DNA of 32,000 nucleotides, taken from Candidatus Nanopusillus sp. (GTDB lineage: Archaea; Nanobdellota; Nanobdellia; Nanobdellales; Nanobdellaceae). The stretch covers positions 49-32,048 of the forward strand of contig JBMSAQ010000023.1 of the NCBI GenBank assembly GCA_049414405.1, written 5' to 3'. The notes under the pieces are model-generated. The model searched no databases. It saw only the letters and a program-made list of their open reading frames with translations, and had not been told where the DNA came from. Positions 24,830 to 32,000 of the stretch are shown here, piece after piece (position 1 is the first letter of the stretch; each line of letters opens with the position of its first letter). The position numbers and the translations under genes were made by a program.

Positions 24830-25948
24830 ATGGTCCAATATATAGAAAAATTATCTAAAGAGGAAGTTTTAAATAGAATAAAAAAATTGGCTGAAGAAAT
24901 TTATAATGAATTTCAATCTGGAAATCCATCAATAAAGCTTGCTGTAAGAGGTAATATAAAAAATATTGAATATGATGAAAAAAGAGATATAATCACTTTA
25001 AAAGAGAAAATAGGATCTAGAGAGTTCTTTAATTTGGGTCATGTACGAAGATTCATGCAAACATTATTGGTTGCTTCTTTAGCAAAAAAATTAGTAGAAA
25101 AGGATAAAACAGCGAGCTTGAGAGAAGTTTACTATCAGTTAAAACATACAATACCTATACTAAATGTAAATACAATAGAAGAACAGGAAGAATCCGATGC
25201 TGTAATTGAAGATTTAGAAAGAGCAATAAAAGCAATAAGAGAACAATTTCATATAAAAGCTGAAGGTAGGGGTGCAATATACGGAGATATATATTTAAGG
25301 GATAAAAAGAGAGGTGATGAATGGAACTGTTCAAGATTGGGGAGAGGTGGATGGAGTATACCATCAACAATTGAAGATCTTGAAATTGGAGATGTAAATG
25401 CTGATTTTGTTTTAGTGGTTGAGAAAGAAGCTATGTTTGATAGGTTAATTGAAGAAAGATTTCCAGAAAAAAATGGTGCAATATTAATTACTAGTAAAGG
25501 TCAGCCTCCAAGAGGTGTTAGAAGATTGATTCACAGATTAAGAAAAGAAAAAAACTTACCGGTTTATGTATTTACAGATGGTGATCCATGGGGATTTTAT
25601 ATATATTCTGTAATCAAAAGAGGATCTATGAATTTATCACAATTTTCTCAATTATTGGCTACTCCAGATGTTAAGTTTATAGGAATGACAATTGATGATG
25701 TGGATGAATATGATTTAAGAAAAAAAGGAGCAGTAATAAAACTAAATCAAAGAGATATAAAAAGAATAAATGAAATTGCAAATTATCCTTGGTTTAAAAA
25801 ATCTAAAGATTGGCAAAGACAATTTAAAAAAATGTTAAATTATGGAATAAAAGTTGAACAGGATGCATTAGCAGTAAATTCATTAGAATTTGTTGCAGAA
25901 AAATATTTACCAAATAAATTACAACATCCAGAAAAAATATTGAGTTAA
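24830..25948 (+). CDS. top6A: DNA topoisomerase VI subunit A (Spo11 homologue)
   Basis: LREVYYQLKH (catalytic Tyr region), VVEKEAMFDRL and the Toprim motif FTDGDPWGFYIY. Confidence 0.9.
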   Translation: MVQYIEKLSKEEVLNRIKKLAEEIYNEFQSGNPSIKLAVRGNIKNIEYDEKRDIITLKEKIGSREFFNLGHVRRFMQTLLVASLAKKLVEKDKTASLREVYYQLKHTIPILNVNTIEEQEESDAVIEDLERAIKAIREQFHIKAEGRGAIYGDIYLRDKKRGDEWNCSRLGRGGWSIPSTIEDLEIGDVNADFVLVVEKEAMFDRLIEERFPEKNGAILITSKGQPPRGVRRLIHRLRKEKNLPVYVFTDGDPWGFYIYSVIKRGSMNLSQFSQLLATPDVKFIGMTIDDVDEYDLRKKGAVIKLNQRDIKRINEIANYPWFKKSKDWQRQFKKMLNYGIKVEQDALAVNSLEFVAEKYLPNKLQHPEKILS

Positions 25949-25958
25949 CGTATAAATT

Positions 25959-26210
25959 CTATATAAATTCTATTTTTGATTCTCTCTTTTCAGACAATTT
26001 TGATAATATATTTTTTAATAATTCATCATCTATCTTTTTTATTTTACCAGTTTGTATATATTGATATAAAATTAAAATAACTTGAATAAATTTTTCTGGA
26101 TATACAGCTTTTATATTTGATAATCTATCAATTGCTTCTTTTGTAAGAAATGGTAATATTGATCTATATATTTTTTCTATTTCTTTTAGTTTTCTATTAT
26201 CTTTGCTCAT
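25959..26210 (-). CDS. PDCD5/TFAR19-like dsDNA-binding protein
   Basis: ILPFLTKEAIDRLSNIKAVYPEKFIQVILILYQYIQTGKI.KKIDDELLKNIL matches the ILxxILTxEAReRLxxIxLVKPExAxxVExxLIQLAQxGxL pattern. 83 aa. Confidence 0.65.
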   Translation of the reverse strand: MSKDNRKLKEIEKIYRSILPFLTKEAIDRLSNIKAVYPEKFIQVILILYQYIQTGKIKKIDDELLKNILSKLSEKRESKIEFI

Positions 26211-26253
26211 AATTGAATATTTTTAAGACAAAATTTTTAAGTAAAATTAAGAT

Positions 26254-27075
26254 ATGTTTAATATGGAAGAATACAACAATATGAGACAATGGGGGATATT
26301 TTTTATACTATTATTAGTGTCATTTTTGCTAATAAAATTTCTTGGAATATTTGGAATGATGTCTGGAATAATTTTATTATTATATACATTGAGTGGAATA
26401 AGAGTAATATATAATTATGAAAAGGCAGTAATTTTTACATTAGGATATTATTCAGGAATCCTTTCTGGAGGTTTAATATATATTTTACCAGGTCTTCAAA
26501 AATTGATTAAAGTAGATATGAGGATTATAAATTATGAATTGCCCGAACAAGTTTTATTGTCTGCAGATAATGTAAATATTACTGTGAAGGGTACCGTATT
26601 TTATAGAATAGTAGATCCTGGAAAAGTTGTTATGAATATAAGAGATTTGAATAAGGCAATATTAAACTATGCACAAGCAAAATTAAGGGATATATTTGGA
26701 AAATATGATTTAAATGATATATTACAGAAAAGAGAAGAAATTGGAATAGAATTAAGAGATATGATTCAGAGAGAAATTGGAGAATGGGGGGTAGATATTA
26801 TAGCAATAAAAATACAAGATATAATTATTCCTCAAGAAATACTATCTGCATTGACTCAAAGAGCGATTGCAGAAAGGTTGGCACAGGCAAAAGTTATAGA
26901 ATCACAAGGCGAATTACAAGCTGCAGCAAACTATAAGGAAGCCGCAGAAATATTGTCTGAAAGCGACTATGGTATAGTATTAAGGTTTTTAGAAATGTTA
27001 AGAAGCAGTCAAAATACAAAAATAATTGTAGTACCACCAGAAATATTTAATTTATTTAAGAAACATAATAAGTAG
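26254..27075 (+). CDS. SPFH/Band-7 (stomatin-like) membrane protein
   Basis: N-terminal TM helices, then YEKAVIFTLG, LLSADNVNITVKGTVFYRIVDP, LRDIFGKYDLNDIL and ERLAQAKVIESQGELQAA. Confidence 0.85.
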   Translation: MFNMEEYNNMRQWGIFFILLLVSFLLIKFLGIFGMMSGIILLLYTLSGIRVIYNYEKAVIFTLGYYSGILSGGLIYILPGLQKLIKVDMRIINYELPEQVLLSADNVNITVKGTVFYRIVDPGKVVMNIRDLNKAILNYAQAKLRDIFGKYDLNDILQKREEIGIELRDMIQREIGEWGVDIIAIKIQDIIIPQEILSALTQRAIAERLAQAKVIESQGELQAAANYKEAAEILSESDYGIVLRFLEMLRSSQNTKIIVVPPEIFNLFKKHNK

Positions 27076-27634
27076 AATACTTTTTTATTAAAATATAAAT
27101 ATTTTTATACATAATAACAAATAAAATCATTGAATAAATTAAAATAAAGATTTTATATTCCCAAAATTGTGTTATAAAAAATGAGAAAATTTTTAGTATA
27201 TTGATTATAAAATAGGAAAAATTTAACGTATTAAATATCTTATAGAATTTTAAAATTTTCAAAAATGATAAGATCTTATATAAATCTTTGTAAATTAAAT
27301 AATAAATCAGAAAATATGAAAAAGATGCAATTAAAAATAAAATATTGTATATTATAAAAGAATGTGAAAATAATAACAATAATAAGTTCATTAAAACATA
27401 AACTAATAGCAATATAATTATTTTTGAATTATATATAAAATTTAAATATATTATTATCGATATTAAAAATAAAGAAATTGAAATTAATAAAAAAATAATA
27501 TTATATAAATGATTAGATAATAGTATTGGATTATAATAAATAATTAAATATAGAATAAGACTAACAGAATTATAATATATGGAAAACAGAGAAAAATATA
27601 GCAAATTATTAAATCTTTCAATATTTTTCTCCAT
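27056..27634 (-). CDS. Polytopic membrane protein, unknown function
   Basis: A 192-aa stop-free ORF in very AT-rich DNA, almost entirely hydrophobic I/L/F/Y segments. It overlaps the upstream dUTPase-like gene by 17 nt, which suggests co-transcription. Confidence 0.45.
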   Translation of the reverse strand: MEKNIERFNNLLYFSLFSIYYNSVSLILYLIIYYNPILLSNHLYNIIFLLISISLFLISIIIYLNFIYNSKIIILLLVYVLMNLLLLLFSHSFIIYNILFLIASFSYFLIYYLIYKDLYKILSFLKILKFYKIFNTLNFSYFIINILKIFSFFITQFWEYKIFILIYSMILFVIMYKNIYILIKKYSTYYVS

Positions 27635-28193
27635 ACCAATATCCTTTATATGTTTCTTTTGATTCTTTTTCTAATTTAATAAATATTAATTGTATCCACG
27701 CCTCATTTATATTTATTTTTGCATTAATTGGAAAATAATATGTTTGAGTAAATTCTCCTTTATATCCGGGATCAAATAATGCACTTTCAAATTTCAATAT
27801 TCCCAATCTATTAAATGTAGATCTTGGCAATGCTATTGCAATCATATCATTTGGGATTTCAACTTCAGGAAATACCACATAATATAATCCTTTATTTAAT
27901 ACCCAATAATTATTTTTTGGTTTTATTTCAATAAATGCATCGGGAATTTTCTTAAATGAATTTTCTAATAATTCCCTTCTTTTATTTTCATTAATTGCAA
28001 TTTCTAATAAATCTTCATAATCTAAATTATAATTAAATATATATCCTCTTCTATCATTATCAATTAATATATATTTTATTTTTTTGATAGGTATTTTATA
28101 TATTTTTTTAGGTTTTATATCAATTCCTGCAGGATTTATTTTTACATATTTTCTTACGAATTTTTTTGTATCTTTCCCATTTATAACACTCAT
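27618..28193 (-). CDS. dUTPase/dCTP deaminase-superfamily protein (archaeal dUTPase-like)
   Basis: INPAGIDIKP (compare QPNGVDL), ALPRSTFNRLGIL, LFDPGYKGEF and AWIQLIFIKL, with a C-terminal YKGYWYG. Confidence 0.55.
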   Translation of the reverse strand: MSVINGKDTKKFVRKYVKINPAGIDIKPKKIYKIPIKKIKYILIDNDRRGYIFNYNLDYEDLLEIAINENKRRELLENSFKKIPDAFIEIKPKNNYWVLNKGLYYVVFPEVEIPNDMIAIALPRSTFNRLGILKFESALFDPGYKGEFTQTYYFPINAKININEAWIQLIFIKLEKESKETYKGYWYGEKY

Positions 28194-28219
28194 ATAAATA
28201 TATTGAATATTTGTTATTT

Positions 28220-29428
28220 ATGAATATAGAAGCGTATAGGGATTATATAATTAATTTATATGAGAAATTTATACCAGTTAAATCTATTGGGCCAGAAAAC
28301 AATGGAGAAGGTGAATGGGAAAGGGCAAAAGTATTATATAATATTGTGAAAGATTTATTTGATGAAATTAAAATAATTGAAGCACCTGACGAAAGGATAA
28401 AAGAAAAATCAAGACCAAATATTATTGCAATAAAATATGGAAAAAATAGAGAAAGAACATTCTGGATAATTGCTCATATCGATACTGTACCAGAAGGGGG
28501 TTTAAATCTATGGAAATACGATCCATTTAATGTTACTGTTGAAGGTAATAAAATATATGGAAGGGGCGTTTTAGATAATGGAAATGGAACTGTTTTAGGA
28601 ATATTATTGGCAAAATATTTTAAAGATAATAATATTTTACCTAAATATAATTATGGATTAATATTGGCCTCAGATGAAGAAACTGGAAGTAAATATGGAT
28701 TGAAATATATTTTGGAAAAAGAGTCTAGTTTATTTAAAAAAGATGATTGGATTTTAGTGCCTGATGCTGGAAGTTCAGATGGTTTAGATATTGAAGTTGC
28801 TGAAAAAGGAATATTATGGATAAAATTTAAGGTTATTGGAAAGCAAGCACATGCAAGTACTCCAGATTTGGGTATTAATTCAACAAAATTGGGGTCTATG
28901 TTAATTTTACAATTATATGATTCCTTACATGAGAAATATGATAAAGAAAATAAATTATTTGATCTCCCTAAAAGTACATTTGAACCAACAAAAGTTGAAA
29001 AAAATGTAGATAATATAAATACAATACCCGGAGAATTTATATTTTATTATGATTGTAGAATATTGCCAGACTATAACTTAGATGAAGTGTATCAAACAAT
29101 AGAATATATATGTAAAGAATTTGAAAAAAATTATAATTGTAAAATTGATATTGAAATTGTACATAAAGATTATCCATCAATATTAGAAAATATTGATAAT
29201 AATGAATTCTTAAATAAATTAAAAGAAGCAATTAAAAAATATAAAAATAAGGAACCAAGATTGGTAGGAATTGGTGGTGGAACATATGCAAAATATTTAA
29301 GAGAGAAGGGTTTAAATGCAATTGTATGGAGTACATATAATGAAAGTGCACACATGCCAAATGAATATATAGATATAAATGATATAATAAATGATGCAAA
29401 AATATTGTTAGAAATTCTTAAACTTTAA
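28220..29428 (+). CDS. M20-family metallopeptidase (ArgE/DapE/carboxypeptidase-like)
   Basis: AHIDTVPEG, YGRGVLDNGNG, ASDEETGS and VAEKGILW. I prefer the ATG at 28220 over the TTG at 28211. Confidence 0.75.
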   Translation: MNIEAYRDYIINLYEKFIPVKSIGPENNGEGEWERAKVLYNIVKDLFDEIKIIEAPDERIKEKSRPNIIAIKYGKNRERTFWIIAHIDTVPEGGLNLWKYDPFNVTVEGNKIYGRGVLDNGNGTVLGILLAKYFKDNNILPKYNYGLILASDEETGSKYGLKYILEKESSLFKKDDWILVPDAGSSDGLDIEVAEKGILWIKFKVIGKQAHASTPDLGINSTKLGSMLILQLYDSLHEKYDKENKLFDLPKSTFEPTKVEKNVDNINTIPGEFIFYYDCRILPDYNLDEVYQTIEYICKEFEKNYNCKIDIEIVHKDYPSILENIDNNEFLNKLKEAIKKYKNKEPRLVGIGGGTYAKYLREKGLNAIVWSTYNESAHMPNEYIDINDIINDAKILLEILKL

Positions 29429-29443
29429 TGCCATATTAAAATA

Positions 29444-30334
29444 ATGGTTGGTATATTTGATCTTGCAAAATTAATGACTGGTTTTAATTTATTTAAGAAG
29501 GTACCTCAAGAAAATGTAGAATATTCAAAAGAATTAATAGAAAATGCCAAGAAAAACTTATCAGATTCGTATGATTTGTATAACAAGAAAAATTATAATT
29601 TAGCAATATATTATTTAGAACAATCATTGTGTTTTTCTATAAAAAGTTTAGTATTATTATTTCAAATGGTAAAATTAAAAGATGTTAAAGAGAAAAGTTA
29701 TAATTCATTTGAGGATTTTGTAAATAAAAATAAAATATTTGATAAATTAAAGAAAATAGTTAATCAGAATTCTATGATGTATGAAATATTATTATCTGAA
29801 GAAAATAAGAAAAAATTTAAAGAAGATTATGAAAAATATAAAAAAGAAGTTGATGAATTTTTGAAAAAATTAAAGGATAAAAATGAAAGAAAAAAGATTA
29901 TTAGGTATAATGAAAATGAATTAAATAACTTATTTTCAATTAATGAATTGGTTAATAAATATCAAATGTCTGAAGAAGTTGTTGAGAGTTTAATCAATTT
30001 TGCTATGAATTTATTTAGTAGAATGGGTGGAAAAATGAGTAATGTATTAAATACAGGAATGGCTAGAAGTTTAATTAAAAGAGAACTGGAAAAAAATAAA
30101 GATACACTAAATATATTTGGAAATATATTAATATTGACTGGAATATTAATGTTACATGAAAGATCAACAAAAGAATATGATAAAGATTTAGATTTCTCTC
30201 CAGATAATTATAATCAAAATTTGGGAGTAGTAAAATTATATAATAAAATGTACGATATGGTTAATGGATTAATTAAATTTAATGAGAATTTTGTAAATGT
30301 ATTAGAAAATAAAGATAATTTAAAACTATTTTAG
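29444..30334 (+). CDS. HEPN-like protein interrupted by a K/E-rich coiled-coil insert of about 150 aa
   Basis: AKKNLSDSYDLYNKKNYNLAIYYLEQSLCFSIKSLVLLF resembles HEPN helices 1-2 (AxxDLxxAxxLLxxGxYxxAxFxxQQAxEKALKALL). LHERSTKEYDKDLDFSPDNY resembles the HEPN C-terminal LxxHYIPSRYPDxxPxxxY. Confidence 0.35.
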   Translation: MVGIFDLAKLMTGFNLFKKVPQENVEYSKELIENAKKNLSDSYDLYNKKNYNLAIYYLEQSLCFSIKSLVLLFQMVKLKDVKEKSYNSFEDFVNKNKIFDKLKKIVNQNSMMYEILLSEENKKKFKEDYEKYKKEVDEFLKKLKDKNERKKIIRYNENELNNLFSINELVNKYQMSEEVVESLINFAMNLFSRMGGKMSNVLNTGMARSLIKRELEKNKDTLNIFGNILILTGILMLHERSTKEYDKDLDFSPDNYNQNLGVVKLYNKMYDMVNGLIKFNENFVNVLENKDNLKLF

Positions 30335-31264
30335 ATTAATTTTTATTACCTTGTTCGGATCAAAAACTTTGTTATTATATTTTAGAAAATTAAGTAAATA
30401 TTCTTCAATTGTTTTATAATCGTAATAAATTATTAAATAATATTTTGCTTTATTTTTTCTTTTAATTCTATATAAATAAACATAATCATAGTATTTTGAT
30501 AATTTTTTTAATATTTTTATTAAGTATCCCGGATGATATGGAATAATTAAAAATAGTAGATTTTTATCTAAATTCAATTCTGGTGGTACTAAAATATCTT
30601 TTAGGTGAGTATGTAAAATTCTTTCTGGATCTGTTATTGAATTAAATTTTATCCAAGTAGCTAATAATTTATGTAAAGCATAGTCTTTAAAGTAAATTTT
30701 AAATAATCTATTTATATATTTTAATCCTTTTGCATATTTTCTTTCTCTTTTTGATCTTTCTTGATTAAATGATATTGGTAATCCTAAAAAATATAAATCA
30801 AATCCTTTATATATTGTTTCAACACTATACATAAAATCTTCAGTAACATTCATATCTCTCCATCTTACTTTTGTTAATATTTTTTTATAAGTATTTAATG
30901 AAGCAAATCCACCAAAGCCAATAATTTCTTTTTCTTTATATATCCTTATAATTCCTTTTATTAATTCATTCAAATAATTGGGAAATATGACATCAAAATC
31001 TATGTAAAATATATAATCTATATCTTGATGGCTTTTAATCAAATTTTCTAATGCATATTGTCTTCCCAACCCTCTTGTAGATTTTCTTTGAAATGTATCA
31101 ATAAAATCATATTCTTTTAATATTTCAAATGTTCCATCTTTTGAAAAATTATCACAAACAGAAATTACAAAATCATATTTTAATTTTTTCTTTAGGTCCT
31201 CAATCGTTGTTCTAACAGTATCTGCAGAATTATAGACAGTTCCATATATACCAAGTTTTACCAT
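30326..31264 (-). CDS. Family-2-like glycosyltransferase
   Basis: IYGTVYNSADTVRTTIEDL...VISVCDNFSKDGTFEIL (the GT-A N-terminal pattern) and a DxD-like YIDFDV. Confidence 0.55.
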   Translation of the reverse strand: MVKLGIYGTVYNSADTVRTTIEDLKKKLKYDFVISVCDNFSKDGTFEILKEYDFIDTFQRKSTRGLGRQYALENLIKSHQDIDYIFYIDFDVIFPNYLNELIKGIIRIYKEKEIIGFGGFASLNTYKKILTKVRWRDMNVTEDFMYSVETIYKGFDLYFLGLPISFNQERSKRERKYAKGLKYINRLFKIYFKDYALHKLLATWIKFNSITDPERILHTHLKDILVPPELNLDKNLLFLIIPYHPGYLIKILKKLSKYYDYVYLYRIKRKNKAKYYLIIYYDYKTIEEYLLNFLKYNNKVFDPNKVIKINLK

Positions 31265-31297
31265 AAAAATATCTTTTAATTAAAAATTATATAAAAA

Positions 31298-31882
31298 TTA
31301 TTGCTTTGCAAATCTTATATCTACTGCATATGATTCTTTTTCATTAATTAATAATGGATTAATCTCAATTTCCAGTAATTTTTCTTTTTTATACAATTCA
31401 TACAATTTCATTATATTTTCATATAATAAATTAATATGTACTCTTGGTCTACTTCTAAATCCATTTAGCATTGGATATAATTTTAAATCTCTTAATCCTC
31501 TTTCTAAAATATTTATATCAAAAGGTAAAGATAATATAATAAAATCTTTTAATAATTCTGTATATATTCCACCGATTCCTATTAAGCATATATCTCCAAA
31601 TATTTTATCATATTTTATTCCAATTATTACTTCATTAAATTCTCCAATCACTTGCTCTTGTATGATTATGTTTGTATTAAATTTTTTTCTAAATTCTTCA
31701 TAATATTTTTTTAATTCACTATAATTTTGTATATTTAATTTTACTGCTCCTAAATCTGTTTTATGATTCAAATCGGCTTTTATTACTAATGGAAAATTTG
31801 AATGCAATGGTATTTCATTTACCCAATATCTAGGAATCTTTATTCCATATTTCATCAATAATTCAAAACCTTCTGATAACAT
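31298..31882 (-). CDS. ADP-forming acetyl-CoA synthetase beta-subunit-like ATP-grasp protein
   Basis: LSEGFELLMKYGIKIP, PLVIKADLNHKTDLGAVKLNI, GIGGIYTELLKD, LNGFRSRP and EIEINPLLI...AVDIRF match the ACD beta/ATP-grasp_5 pattern. Confidence 0.6.
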   Translation of the reverse strand: MLSEGFELLMKYGIKIPRYWVNEIPLHSNFPLVIKADLNHKTDLGAVKLNIQNYSELKKYYEEFRKKFNTNIIIQEQVIGEFNEVIIGIKYDKIFGDICLIGIGGIYTELLKDFIILSLPFDINILERGLRDLKLYPMLNGFRSRPRVHINLLYENIMKLYELYKKEKLLEIEINPLLINEKESYAVDIRFAKQ

Positions 31883-32000
31883 ATTTTAAAATAAGTTTAT
31901 TATAATTTATAAAAATTATAACTATCAAAAACTGATGATTTATATTATTTCTTTATAATGTAATAATGATAAAGTATAATATATGGCTTCTTCAGTTCTA

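Noticed and set aside
27618-28193. The dCTP-deaminase-fold gene as an anti-viral nucleotide-depletion defence gene.
   Set aside because: It is small and lacks the extra N-terminal kinase-like domain I associate with defensive dCTP deaminases. It is more simply explained as the housekeeping dUTPase/Dcd of a reduced genome.
31932-31938. CTGATGA (box C-like) in the 100-nt gap at 31883-31982, as a possible C/D box sRNA.
   Set aside because: No matching CTGA box D or C'/D' set at the right spacing on that strand within the window, and no terminal stem. Single box-like heptamers are expected by chance.
31983-32000. A possible gene start, ATGGCTTCTTCAGTTCTA (MASSVL), at the window edge.
   Set aside because: Only 6 codons are visible, which is too little to support a call.
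1-32000. A search for CRISPR arrays, IS elements or transposases, rRNA genes, split-tRNA halves and large direct or inverted repeats.
   Set aside because: No regularly spaced repeats were found. The only GC-rich islands are the two tRNAs, and no transposase or integrase motifs appear in any ORF. Intergenic gaps (at most ~100 nt) are too small to hide such elements. Manual scanning cannot exclude short dispersed repeats.

Overview
This window is extremely AT-rich (about a quarter G+C or less by eye) and almost fully coding, with about 38 intact genes on both strands. Gaps are typically 10-60 nt and many neighbouring genes overlap. The content is clearly archaeal housekeeping: aIF5B, aIF1/SUI1, S6e, a short uL29, RNase P protein Rpp29, Kae1, TFS, Sec11-type signal peptidase, topoisomerase VI B and A, enolase, ThiI, AGOG glycosylase, a PDCD5-like protein and an aDim2-like KH protein. 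There are also two intron-less tRNAs, tRNA-Lys(UUU) and tRNA-Asn(GUU), whose stems are nearly all G:C.

Divergent, shortened proteins, scattered operons and GC-rich tRNAs in an AT-rich genome fit a thermophilic, genome-reduced DPANN/Nanoarchaeota-like symbiont. That placement is inference, since no database search was possible.

I found no CRISPR array, transposase, integrase, rRNA or recognisable defence system. The most unusual items, in order:
1. A roughly 2.7 kb wreck of a sequon-rich parallel beta-helix surface protein beside tRNA-Lys, broken by about seven frameshifts or stops while the rest of the window is intact.
2. A family-I pyrophosphatase homologue that seems to have lost its catalytic acidic residues.
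3. A Kae1 with an in-frame insertion of about 83 aa.
4. An aIF5B lacking the conserved P-loop Asp.
5. An overlapping pair of an HDAC-family deacetylase and a minimal GH1 glycosidase.
6. A tightly packed GNAT-SDR-MBL gene string of unknown role.
7. A HEPN-like protein split by a long coiled-coil insert.

All protein calls rest on motifs I recognised by eye. Start codons are approximate where noted.
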